DNA of 63,989 nucleotides, the filler included, from Diploschistes diacapsis (lineage: Eukaryota): NCBI GenBank assembly GCA_023645945.1. It is 4 parts of 4 records of this genome, joined end to end, with 100 filler letters (N's around TTAATTAATTAA, not from the genome) between each part and the next. Parts side by side here need not be neighbours in the genome. Positions count along the whole stretch, not along the records: positions 1 to 16,691 come from JALAIB010000491.1; positions 16,792 to 33,456 come from JALAIB010000492.1; 2 more parts are not named here. The stretch is one strand, 5' to 3'. Shown piece after piece: positions 12,285 through 23,111 of the stretch. Each line of letters begins with the position of its first letter. The first letter of the stretch is position 1. Position numbers and translations under genes: made by a program. A model generated the notes under the pieces. The model was not told where the DNA came from. It saw only the letters and a list, made by a program, of their open reading frames with translations, and searched no databases.

Positions 12285-15200
12285 ATGGCACTCAATGTTG
12301 ACTCCATGTACGAGCCCTACTTTCACCCTCCTCTCACCGACACGGATTATCGGACGGCTTCGCGAGCGGTTTCGCGCAGAACCTCGCGAAGAGGCACTCC
12401 CTCTCCGATGGCTTCGAGCACCGCGCTCCCACCGGGAGAGGACCTGGGCGATCCGAAGGAAGAGATTTCCGTGCTCGATCCGAGAAGGTTCACACCGACC
12501 TTGCACGCCAATCTCGTCTCCGAAATACTCTCCTTGCGTCGCGAACTCGAAAACAAGAATGGTCTTGTGCTGAGCCTGGAGGAGGAAGTGGCCTCGGTCA
12601 AGGACGAAAACACCAGGCTGCAAGACGGTATAGCAAACCACACGAAAGAGAACAGGTCCATGAAGCGTCAAATGGATGCATTGGAGGGAGGAACTTTCTC
12701 GGCCATAGAAGAGCTGGCGAGGGAGCGGGACAAAGCATCCGAAAGCCTGGCAGAGTCTAAGCAACGGCTCGAGGCTTCCCAGAAGAAGGTCCGCGCACAG
12801 CGAGCCGACGCCGAACGCGCCCAGGCCATCTACGAGCGAGATCGCGATGGATGGGACGCCGAACGACGCATCCTGGAACGCAGGGTCCATGTCGTCGAAG
12901 GCCGGCTGAAGACCGTTCTCTTCGAGGTCGAGAGCGTCCAGACTCACGGCCACCGGAGGACGGCTGGCCACGATGCTGCTGCTGCTGCTGCTGCTGCTGC
13001 TGGGAGACCATGTTCGAGCGAGAGGCCCGTCAGCCGAGCAAGTGGGGCACGAAGCGTTGCTTCGCGGCATCGCGACAGTTTTGCAAACGAAAGCGTTTCC
13101 GGTGCGCATGGCTCCGGGCCGGCCTCCAAGACGCTGGCCGATGAACTCGATTTCGATGACGGCTCCGACAGGGGAAGCGAAGGAGGATACATATCTGCAG
13201 AGGCACTCCCAGAAGAGCGGCCGAGACCTTTTTCCGTTCAGTCCCACCGTCAATCGACCAAAGCTCGAAAGCTTCTTGGCTTGGCAGTTGATGGAGAGGA
13301 TGAAGAAGAGGAAGAAGAAGATGGGAAGGAGATTGGCAAGGATGTTGCGCAAGAATTTCCTGCACAAGCTGCGGAGAGGCTTGACGCGAGCGGCATGCCG
13401 CTGCCCGTCTACGCGGACAGCTCGACGCAGTACTCGTCTCCATCTTTGTCTACCGAGCCGGATCAGCAGAGGCTGTCGACGATAACCGAAATCGAGAATG
13501 ACCATGTTCTCGACGCAGCAGCTGTCTCCGAGCAAGGCGATCCGGCATCGCTCTTCCGCCAACCCACGCCCGTGGTGATGGTTTCCTGCGCCTGTCAAAC
13601 CATCGAGGTACCGCCAAGCCCACCAGAGACGCCGACGAAGGACAGAGAGCTTGAACGAACCGCTGAACGAACCGAGATGGTCGCTGCGTCGACCCAGACA
13701 GTTCAGGATGATCTGTATTACCAACGCTCTGTGACTACCCGCGATGCAGGGTCCGCCACCACCGCGACCATCCCGACCATTGCCATACATGCGGTAGCTT
13801 CCGAGTCTGACCGATCCAGCGTGGTGCTGCCTCCGCATACCAGCAACGCTTCTTGTCAAGCTTCCATTCGAGCTCCCGCTGTGTCGGTCTCGGTGCAGAC
13901 CGAGGGTATTCGGATCGACGAGCGACTGGAAAAGCTCCCGGCTCACCTGCATCCTTCCGTCATCCAACCCTTTTCTCCCTCCCCGTCGCCTTCGCCCGAA
14001 CCATCGAAGATCGGGAATTCTTCGTCCCTCGCTCCGCGGAGTAGCCTGCAAGTACGTGCGCGCTCGCGTCCTAGCTCGTTGCGCCGAAGCATTATCGAAG
14101 ACCAGGTGCCTGGCCGCAATTCCGTGGACGATGGTCGAGTGTGGAGCGAAGACGAGGATGGCCATGTTAGCGACGATAGCTTCCTGCGAAGGTCACCGAT
14201 GAAGAGAACGCTCGGAAAGGTGCAAGATTCATGGAAGTTGGTGTCGACCGACGGCGAAGAGGGTGAAGCGGAATCGGAGGCCGAAGAAGAAACGCCCAAG
14301 CTACCGCCACTAGGCTTTGGCCGGTTTGGACGCTCGGATCGTAGCGCAAGAGTGCCGAAGAGTCCACAAAGGAAATTCGAGGAACGCTCTGGAAAGATTC
14401 TGGAGCCGATTGTCACGGAAAGGCCGAACGACTTGAAGCGAACCGCGCTAATCTCCAGCGGATCCGCCGCGCATCTTCAACGAGGCGGGAGCCCGGGTGA
14501 CCCATCAAAGCCCCTTCGTCCTACTGCCCAGGATCCGCCTTTTCCGGTGCCAGATCGATCAAGCTCGAGAAAGTTGCCCTGGTCCCCCGGTGAAGGAAGT
14601 GGAAGCCCGACCCCACGAGATTCGCGAGAGAAAATACACGGTCAAGGAAGGCTTCCGACAAAGAGACCAGCCATGCGTAAGACTAGGCCAGAGCCTGGCT
14701 CGAGCCAACGTAGCGGAAACCGATCGCGAAGTCGGTCGCCGCCGCCTTTCGAGTCGTTCGCAGACAGCCTGTCCAGCATACCTCCACCCCTTCCGGAGAA
14801 CGGGATCACCTCGCGCTATGCGCCTTCGTTCAACCCGGCGAAGTCTGCGCACGAACACCACAAGTCGGTCACCTCAGCCGCCGAGACCGTGAGCTCGGAC
14901 TCGACCAACGTTGTGGATGCGATTGCCCAAACAATGATTGGCGAGTGGATGTGGAAGTACGTCAGGAGGCGGAAGTCCTTTGGTCTGCCGGATACCGGGA
15001 AGGACGAATTCGACAGCGCGCAAGGGAAAGACGGGATGATGACCGGGGGCAACAGACACCAGCGCTGGGTTTGGATAGCGCCGTACGAGAGAGCCGTAAT
15101 GTGGAGCAGCAAGCAGCCGACGTCAGGGTCTGCCCTGATGGGCAAAAGTGGCAGGAAACGTATGTGTCGTCCCGTTGGCGAGACGATGCACCGGCTAATC

Positions 15201-16688
15201 TTTTCCCCAGTAACGATCACCTCCGTCCTGGACGTACGAGACGACACACCGATGCCCAAAGGAGCACCCGCATCGTCGTTTTTTGGCCGTTCAATGCTGA
15301 TCCTTACTCCACAACGTGCTCTCAAGTTCACCGCAAAGTCTCTCGAGCGCCACCATGTCTGGCTCAGCGCCCTCTCTTTCCTCTCCCACACAGCGGTAGA
15401 AGCCAAAGAGACGCGAGGCGTTCAGTCCGCCATGCCGGTTCCGCCGGCCAACGAAGCTGCTCCCCCGAACATCGTTGGCTATCGCCAAGTCTCGCACCCT
15501 ACCGTTCCGATACTTCGGCGTCACCGCATCCAAGATTCGATCCGCGTCGCCAAAGGCAAAGACCGCCCGGGCCCGGCCGCAAAGCGGGCCTTTGCCAACC
15601 CCTCGGTGACGAGCGTTAACGAATGGCAGAGCAGGCCTTCCGAGGAACTTGTAGCCCATGGTGCCGAAGCTCCGCAGGTGCCTCGTAGGACCGTCGGCGC
15701 GAGCAAGAGATGGAACACCGCTCCCAAGTCCAATCCGTCCAAGTCCCTCCGCAGTTTCTCCTCGAGTCAAAAGCCGAGCCTGTATTCGATACGCAGCCGA
15801 CGCGATAGTGCCGGCGAAGTCCCTCCGCCGCCTGCAGCGGTCCAGGCCGACGCGCCTCTTGCATCTTCGAACGGAGACCACGGAAGCAACAACCCCAACG
15901 GCCGCGAAGGCGGACTCGACAGCAGCAGCCGACGAGGCACCAACCGGAACGCCTCCGTGCACCCCAGGAGCGGGGAAAGCCCAAATTTCTTCGAGGCCGT
16001 GGGAACCGTTAGAATGGAGGCTTTTGTGCGTGACGGTGCAAAAGCGACCGGCAGCAAGGCGCACGGCTCGCATTCGCTCAAGGACTCGGTCGCGTCGGGC
16101 AATACCATCGTCGGCAGCGATGATGCGAAAGGCGCGAGATCCGTGTCCGGAGCACCGTCCGCTTCCCGACCGAGCGCTGTGCGGAGGCACCCAACCGACG
16201 GGCCGCCTCAACCCATCGTTCCGGCGCGGCGTCCGATCCGGTCCAACACCTTTGACGCCTTTACCTCTCCGGGCAGCGGCGGCTCAGGCTCGCTCGCCCC
16301 GTCCCATGCGCTTGGCGCATCATCTCACGCCCCACCGACGGCGCCCGCTGCCGGAGCGGTAGGTAGCGGAGCGAACATGGCGAACACGTCCGCCAAACGC
16401 GAGGGCAAGCCGCCAGGCTCCAGGAAACGCGGAGGCGGCACGCACGGCCGGTTCGATCACGGCAACGGCAGCCAAGCCAGCGTGGAGACGAACGATGCGA
16501 CAAGTCCGGTCAGCACGGTGGCGAGCTCGGTGTTCGGCGCAGGGGCAGCAGGCGCCGGCGGAACAGGCATGGGCACGGGCACGGGCACGGGGGTGGCGGG
16601 CGATCCGTTTGTGGGATTCGAGAGCGGACCGCTGGTTTACAGGGAGTCAGGGGGATGGGGATGTGGATGGGGAGACGGGGAAGAATAG
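12285..16688 (+). CDS. Coiled-coil protein with a Num1/ApsA/Mcp5-type PH domain (cortical nuclear-migration family paralog)
   Basis: 1467-aa ORF. N-terminal coiled coil after DPRRFTPTLHANLVSEILSLRRE; PH-like block IAQTMIGEWMWKYVRRR...HQRWVWIAPYERAVMWS...ILTPQRALKFTA...H.VW..AL. Probable 51-nt intron at 15160-15210. Confidence 0.8.
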   Translation: MALNVDSMYEPYFHPPLTDTDYRTASRAVSRRTSRRGTPSPMASSTALPPGEDLGDPKEEISVLDPRRFTPTLHANLVSEILSLRRELENKNGLVLSLEEEVASVKDENTRLQDGIANHTKENRSMKRQMDALEGGTFSAIEELARERDKASESLAESKQRLEASQKKVRAQRADAERAQAIYERDRDGWDAERRILERRVHVVEGRLKTVLFEVESVQTHGHRRTAGHDAAAAAAAAAGRPCSSERPVSRASGARSVASRHRDSFANESVSGAHGSGPASKTLADELDFDDGSDRGSEGGYISAEALPEERPRPFSVQSHRQSTKARKLLGLAVDGEDEEEEEEDGKEIGKDVAQEFPAQAAERLDASGMPLPVYADSSTQYSSPSLSTEPDQQRLSTITEIENDHVLDAAAVSEQGDPASLFRQPTPVVMVSCACQTIEVPPSPPETPTKDRELERTAERTEMVAASTQTVQDDLYYQRSVTTRDAGSATTATIPTIAIHAVASESDRSSVVLPPHTSNASCQASIRAPAVSVSVQTEGIRIDERLEKLPAHLHPSVIQPFSPSPSPSPEPSKIGNSSSLAPRSSLQVRARSRPSSLRRSIIEDQVPGRNSVDDGRVWSEDEDGHVSDDSFLRRSPMKRTLGKVQDSWKLVSTDGEEGEAESEAEEETPKLPPLGFGRFGRSDRSARVPKSPQRKFEERSGKILEPIVTERPNDLKRTALISSGSAAHLQRGGSPGDPSKPLRPTAQDPPFPVPDRSSSRKLPWSPGEGSGSPTPRDSREKIHGQGRLPTKRPAMRKTRPEPGSSQRSGNRSRSRSPPPFESFADSLSSIPPPLPENGITSRYAPSFNPAKSAHEHHKSVTSAAETVSSDSTNVVDAIAQTMIGEWMWKYVRRRKSFGLPDTGKDEFDSAQGKDGMMTGGNRHQRWVWIAPYERAVMWSSKQPTSGSALMGKSGRKRMCRPVGETMHRLIFSPVTITSVLDVRDDTPMPKGAPASSFFGRSMLILTPQRALKFTAKSLERHHVWLSALSFLSHTAVEAKETRGVQSAMPVPPANEAAPPNIVGYRQVSHPTVPILRRHRIQDSIRVAKGKDRPGPAAKRAFANPSVTSVNEWQSRPSEELVAHGAEAPQVPRRTVGASKRWNTAPKSNPSKSLRSFSSSQKPSLYSIRSRRDSAGEVPPPPAAVQADAPLASSNGDHGSNNPNGREGGLDSSSRRGTNRNASVHPRSGESPNFFEAVGTVRMEAFVRDGAKATGSKAHGSHSLKDSVASGNTIVGSDDAKGARSVSGAPSASRPSAVRRHPTDGPPQPIVPARRPIRSNTFDAFTSPGSGGSGSLAPSHALGASSHAPPTAPAAGAVGSGANMANTSAKREGKPPGSRKRGGGTHGRFDHGNGSQASVETNDATSPVSTVASSVFGAGAAGAGGTGMGTGTGTGVAGDPFVGFESGPLVYRESGGWGCGWGDGEE

Positions 16689-16691
16689 AGA

Positions 16692-16791
16692 NNNNNNNNN
16701 NNNNNNNNNNNNNNNNNNNNNNNNNNNNNNNNNNNTTAATTAATTAANNNNNNNNNNNNNNNNNNNNNNNNNNNNNNNNNNNNNNNNNNNN
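16692..16791. other. Assembly gap / artificial spacer N44-TTAATTAATTAA-N44
   Basis: Identical 100-nt spacer with stops in all six frames occurs three times in the window. Confidence 0.97.
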
Positions 16792-19700
16792 CCCCCGGCT
16801 CGGGCGAGCGTGCCCGCGCCCCCAGCCCCAGGCGGCGCAGGCGCGTCTCCAGCACGTCGACGTCGCCGCTCTTGCGCTCCGCCATGGCGGTCATTTTGCG
16901 GATCGTGTTCTCGACGGCTTCGACGGTGGGCACCTTGTGCTTCTGCTTCTGCGGGGACCTGCGCTTCGAAGGTGCAGAAGCGGACGTGGACGCCAGCTTG
17001 GCTCGCAGCACGGAGATGGCTTCTTCGGTTCTGCACAGGCTGGCCTGGAAGGAGGCGAAGGCGCGGCGGAGATCGTGCCGCTGGATGCTCTGCTCCGCGG
17101 AGAGGGGCATGGCGCGCTGGGCGTCGAGGTTGTCTGGGTCGGTGCGCGAGTCGACGGTGCGCTTGAGGTCGTTCTGGCGCGCGCGCAGTTTGGCGAGGTC
17201 TCTCTGCAGGGCCTGGATGTCGGCGATTTTGTCGTCGACGCTGCGCAGGCGGCCGGATTCGAGTTCGTGCAAGAGGCTCGTTTCGAGGGTCGAGAGGTCT
17301 TCGATTTCCACGAGGGTCCATTTTCGGGGGGTGCTCAGGTCTTCCTTGTCGCGACCGTTCTCGTTGACGTGCACGTACTGGCCTTGGGTGAATTCTTGGA
17401 GGGTGCGGCTGTTGTAGCCGAGGGTGTCGATCATAGAGTTGATGTCACGGTAGAGGCGCTCGATCTGGCCGGGGATGCCGGGCTTGGCGCTCTCGCCGAC
17501 GTAGTCTGTGTGAGCGACAAAAGCTTCGAGCTCGAGTTTTGGTTCGAGCGGCGCGGCTAGCCTCTCCCTGATGAATTCGTCTTCCTGGTCGCTGAGGGAT
17601 TGTTCCTCTTCTTGGCGTTGTCTTTCTTTTTCCCGAGCTCTCCGCTCTTGTTCTTCCCGTTTTCGCTCCTCAAAAGACTTGTCGGGCTTCGCCGCTTGTA
17701 TCATCGATCGTCGCAGCCCTCGCCCTACCGGCACTCCTGGTGCACTTACAGACCTCTGGTTGTCAGGTCTGAGCATTTCGCTAGGAATCAAGGAGCGGAC
17801 AGGACTGGGCGATCGAGGGCTCTCCTGGAGCTTCGAAGGTGGAGGAAAGACAGGCATCTTACCCTTGCCAGCCTCGCCAAACAATGACTTCTGTACTGGT
17901 TGAGGTCGTGGTTGAGCGATTTCCGTGAATGGTCCGTCAATTGGACTTGCATCTTGCTTGGCTCCGAAAGAGCTCTCAGGAGTGATCTTCGGGCTTGAAC
18001 TTTCAGTAATCTCTTTTGCAACATCAACCCCACTGTCCTCATCACCCAGGCTTTCATTGTCGTCAGGAAGCGCCGTTGCTTCGCCCGAGGATTCTTCAGG
18101 TTCATCGGCTTTTGGTTTGGGAGACAAGAAAGACGGAGGAGCATCTGTTGGTGTTTGCGGAGGCTGGTCTTTCCGTTTTGGCCTCATAAAGTCAGGCGGC
18201 AGCGGCGCAACTTCTGCAGCCGGAAGCGGTGCTTTGTCGGCTGCAGCTTCAGTCTCGGGTTTACCGCTGGGTTTCAACGAGTCTGGCAGTGAAGGTGCTT
18301 CATCTGCTGACTGCTTCGAGTCGCTTGCTGAAGATGCTGCAGAAGATGTTCCAGCTGTGTAACTAGCCTTACTCGTTGATACCGGTGGCAAAGGAGACTG
18401 ACCAGGTGTCTTGGAGGCCGAGAGGTAATTGTTGTCTTCATCAACCGGTTCCTTCTTGATGATAGGGGCTGAATCGGTAGCTATATCTTCGGGTTTGCTC
18501 AATGGTGCTCCGAATATGGAAGTAGCGGGCGCGCTCTTCTGAACTTCTGCGGCAGGTGTGTCCTGGCTCTGAGCTTGCGTACCGAAAAGACCACTGTCAG
18601 CTGGGGGTACCGAGAAAACCTTCGATGGAGCAGGGGTATCTGCGGGTGTGGTTGTTTCGCGAGCGGATTCTTTTGGCCGTTCTGGCGTTTCATCCTTATC
18701 CGCCTCCTTTGGTTTTTCTAGATCGCTTATGTCACCCATGTCGGCTTCTTTGGATTGTGGTGCAGTTGCTTGTGTTGATGCCTCGCCCAAAGCCTTGCCA
18801 AAGTCTCCTCCAAAGAGATTTCCTCCTGCGTTCTGTGATGCAGACTTAGGGGTCCGGTCCTTTCCGGCAATCTCGTTTTTCCAAGCACTACCCAACTGGA
18901 AAGGGACTGAGCCAAAGCCACTTGACCCACTGGCTGGTAAGTCTTCTTTCCCCGGCGGTGCGCCAAATGACGATCCTGTATCCATGTCCGATCCGAGTGA
19001 CTTGTTAGGAGTCGACTGCTGCAGGAAGCTGCCCCCTCCAACCTTAGCGGCTGCCGCAAAACCACCGCCATTTGCAAAAGATGCAAAACCGGCCCCAGAG
19101 CCTGCGACGGGGGTCGCAGCCGAGCCGAAGGTAAACTTTGGTGTCGAAGCTGCAAAAGCCGAACTCTGCCCCCCAAAACTAGAAGGCTGCCCAAATACTG
19201 AAGCTTGTCCACCTAGACTCGAAGTCTGTCCAAACGTAGTTCCAGTACCAGTAGAGGACGCACCCCACAAGGAGGGTTTTTGCCCTAAGCTGCCTGTGCT
19301 GCCAAACGACGGCTGACCGAAGGCGATTCCGCCTGTTGTTTGTGATGCATTGGAGCTCCATGGCAAGGAGCGGTTTCCGAGACCGGAGGCAGCTCCAAAA
19401 GTAAGCGGTGCACCCCCACCCAGTGCGCTTGGACTACCAAATGTTGGCTTAGAGGCTCCCATCGAGCTTGGACTTCCGAATGTCGGTGCAGATCCTCCTA
19501 AAGTGCCTGTGTTGCTAAATGTTGGAGTTGCAGCTTTGCCGGGTGCATCAAATGTCGAATTAACCGTTGGGCTCCCAAACGAACTTTGGCTACCGACCGG
19601 TTGGCTAAATGCGGAAGTCGTTGCTAAGGTCTGGGGCTGTGATTGACTTAGAGTTTGCTGCTGACCGGCGTACATGGCTAATCCCGGATAAAGAGTGCCG

Positions 19701-21178
19701 CTCCGGATCGACTCTTTGTATACAATCCACCAAGCTGAGAGAACACCGAGGTGATTGAGAACCATCAAACCAGGCAAAGGTCCCTGGGATTCCTCCATCT
19801 CTTCTCCCTGAAGAGGCCGATGCACGTTGGATTTACTTGATAGATCGAGTGCCATACCAATCGGTGAGGTTTCCGACGTCATATCTTCGGACATTGGCAT
19901 CGCCGCCCTTCGAGAATCATCGGCCATACCCGTTGTAGTAAAGACGTTCGTAAATCGGGAAGGATCGTTTTCAGTAGCCAGGGCTTTCTTTGACCGAGTG
20001 AAAAGACCGAGCTCGGACGAAGCAGTAGAAGCGACAATGACAATATCCTGGATGTCTGGTGGGAAGTCGCTTAATCTCTGGATGAATTGGAAAGGCGGTG
20101 ATCGATTGAACCCGTAGGGACTGCACACCTCCGGAAGCTTCTGGAAGATGCATCTCCCGGAGCCCTTTTCCCGCGTAATAACATGATATGTGGTTGTGGG
20201 GGCCACTCCAGAGCTATCGTCGTTGGTGGGTGTGTGAGCCACGATGAACAGGTCGTTTTCAAGCCATGAAATCGCGGAGACTACGTGCATTAGCCACGAA
20301 GAGCCCAAGGACGGGATAACATCTTACCATGTTGATCGCCTCCAATATTGGAAGGTCTTGGTAATTCTTTCTGTATCTGGCCGTCCGGCTTCATCTGAGA
20401 AGCGGTACCGTCTCCCAAACCCGCCACAAGCTGCTTTCCCTTGTTGCTCCACGACACGTAGCTAACCCCTTCCTTCAATATTTCGCCATTCGCTCCACTC
20501 ACGAACTTGCGCTCTTTCAAATTTGCCATCAGTAGTTGCCCTTGAGTTGTAACGACCGCCAAGAGTTCAGCATGCTCAGCTGCGGGATTCGGAACGAGAG
20601 CGCGCACGGAGATTTGGTTCGTTGGCAATTGAAATGCCGCCTGCTGATTTCCCTGCATCAGATCATCGGTGCTGTAGATCGCAAGCCCGCCCCCTTGCTC
20701 CGCCGAGATGACTAGCACACTTTCATCTGATGAAAACGCGACCTGAGATATCCTTGTGCCGGGGTCGAGTGACAACTGCGGGCTGTAAGGCTTAACATCG
20801 CCTCCGTCACCGCCGAAAGCTTGTCGCACAGACTCTGTACTTGCTATGATGACCGAGCTGGGCCCTGCAGCCGCAAGCAGGCCTTTCTTCGAGGCGACAG
20901 CAAGAAGGGAAGAGGTCGGCGAGGGCAGGGCATCGGCAGGCCATGCTGATGGGAGAAGTTGAACTCTACTTTCGCCAGCAAGCGCATGAAATCCTAGTGC
21001 CTAGGTCAAGTATGAGGTCCGGAATCGCCTGAACGGGGTGAGTAGGGTTTACCTCTGTTTGGATCTCGTCAAGATCAGGACCTGTTTGGGTTTGCGCGTT
21101 TCCCGAAGAGATGCCCAAAGATGCAAACCCGCTACCCCCAAAAGCCGATCCGCCAGAATTACCGAGCGAGAGCGCCAT
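16792..21178 (-). CDS. NUP159: FG-nucleoporin Nup159/Nup146 (Nup214 family), 3' end lost in gap
   Basis: Exons 21178-21053, 21000-20328, 20280-gap. N-terminal beta-propeller (QTGPDLDEIQTE|ALGF...SSLLAVASKKGLLAAAGP, VSWSNKGKQLVAG), FG repeats (PTFGSPS, SLFG, FGQPS), C-terminal coiled coil (QIERLYRDINSMIDTLG, PTVEAVENTIRKMTAMAE). Confidence 0.9.
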
Positions 21179-21713
21179 GCCGAAGTCGTGGGATATTGGA
21201 GCAGAAGAAGATCGGACTTCGCGTCCTAGCGCGATCCCGGTAGCATTACCATTAGTAGATGATTCAAAGGAGTGACTGAGCCGAAGAGCGCTCGAAAGCG
21301 GGATAAAGTATTTGGAGCGTTGATCCACCGTAACAGGGGAAGACTTCTCCCAGAGAGAAGCTTGTTACCGGTCCAACACGCAAACACTCAGCGCATTCCC
21401 AAGTCACGAGTTCACGGCCATTGCAATTGTAGTGCCAAGAAACGTAGGGCAGGGCGTCGTTACTATAGACGCGTTGCAGTTGCAGGGGGTAGCTGTGAAC
21501 TTGAAGCTCCGGACAGGCATCCAAAAGCCCGCGTAACCTCGAGCATTAGGCCATCTTCAAGAAAAAGCACCAAGTGTCAACCAACAACTCTTTTGGAACA
21601 AAAGCTCACTGCCTGCCCAAATACTCTTCCCCCCCCCCCCGGAAAACGCTTTTACAGAAGTAAAGGACACAGCACCCAACACCGCCCGTCCACCTCCTCC
21701 ACCAGCCGTCGGC

Positions 21714-22651
21714 ATGGGCGGCTTCGACTTCACAAACTACAACCGCAACGCCGCCCTCCACGCCCAAGGCGTTCCTCTTCCAAAAGCCACCAGCACCGGC
21801 ACGACGATCGTGGGCTGCATATTCGATGGCGGCGTCGTCATAGCGGCCGACACACGAGCGACGTCCGGGCCCATAGTAGCAGACAAGGTGCGCCTCCCCC
21901 CTTTCCCACCCAACAGCCTTGCACGAACCCTCTCTCCTATCAATCCCCGCTTTTCCCATTACATACGCTAACTTTCCAATCCCACCTCTTTCCATTCTAG
22001 AACTGCGAAAAACTGCACTACATCGCCCCCCAAATCTGGTGCGCGGGCGCCGGCACCGCCGCCGACACGGAATTCACCACGGCGCTGATCTCGTCCAACC
22101 TGGAGCTGCACTCGCTCTCGACGGGCCGCAAGCCGCGCGTGGTCACGTGCATGACGATGTTGAAGCAGCACCTGTTCCGGTACCAGGGCTACATCGGCGC
22201 CTACCTGGTCGTGGCGGGGGTGGACCCGACGGGGGTGAGCCTGTTCACCGTGCACGCGCACGGCTCGACGGACAAGCTGCCGTACGTGACGATGGGGTCC
22301 GGCAGCATGGCGGCCATGGCGACCTTCGAGGCCAAGTGGAAGGGCAAGCTGAGCCGGGACGAGGCCGTGGAGCTGTGCGCCGAGGCGATCAAGGCCGGCA
22401 TCTTCAACGACCTGGGCAGCGGGAGCAACGTGGACGTGTGCGTCATCACGGCGGACAAGGCGACGCTGCTGAGGAATTATCTCAAGCCGAACGTGAGGGG
22501 CAGGAAGGAGAGGGATTATAAGTTTCCCAAGGGCACGACGGCGGTGTTGAACGAGAAGGTCATCACGAGGGAGGAGATTAGCAAGTACGTCATCGTGCAG
22601 GAGCTGGAGAGTGAGGATGTGGTTGTGGAGAAGATGGATATTGATGGATGA
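21714..22651 (+). CDS. PUP1: 20S proteasome subunit beta 2
   Basis: Exons 21714-21887 and 22001-22651. Propeptide FDFTNYNRN...ATSTG followed by catalytic [38 protein letters not shown]. Confidence 0.97.
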
Positions 22652-23111
22652 GGAGGCGGGGGTGTGTGGGCCGGCCGGCGTGAAGTAGAGATGGCGTCTG
22701 ATGGGTGGCAGGTGTATAACAACCCTGGAGTTTTGAACAGAGAGGCTAGATAGAATAAGCAGCATTTTTTGCATAATTGCCTCGCAAGAAGAACGTTGCT
22801 GTTTATTTGATTTTTGGCAGGCGATATCAACAAACGCTGGCACACAGAATACCACTCTATGCCTACGCAAGATTCGCTCTCGAAGAAGGCATCAGATTAA
22901 CTACGAAATGAACCTGAAACTTCAGGGAAGAGCTTCGAATATCTCAGGTCTTGTTTTCTTCGTCTCAAGCATCTTTCAAGCTCTTGCGTGGGCACGGAGT
23001 AGTAGAGGCGATGCCAGGTCTATCAACTGTTTAACATTATCGCCTGCTGGGTATCATATTCCTCCAATTCGGAAACGCTTTGCACAGAATTCGCAACACC
23101 CCTCGGCGGCT

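Noticed and set aside
12219..14165. 648-aa antisense ORF, and similar long antisense ORFs at 5236-6222, 28764-29744 and 21968-22870
   Set aside because: Shadows of GC-rich, codon-biased real genes on the opposite strand; no motifs of their own.
16736..16747. Palindromic TTAATTAATTAA repeated three times (also 33501, 50239)
   Set aside because: Embedded in N runs of identical length; an artificial six-frame-stop scaffolding linker, not biology.
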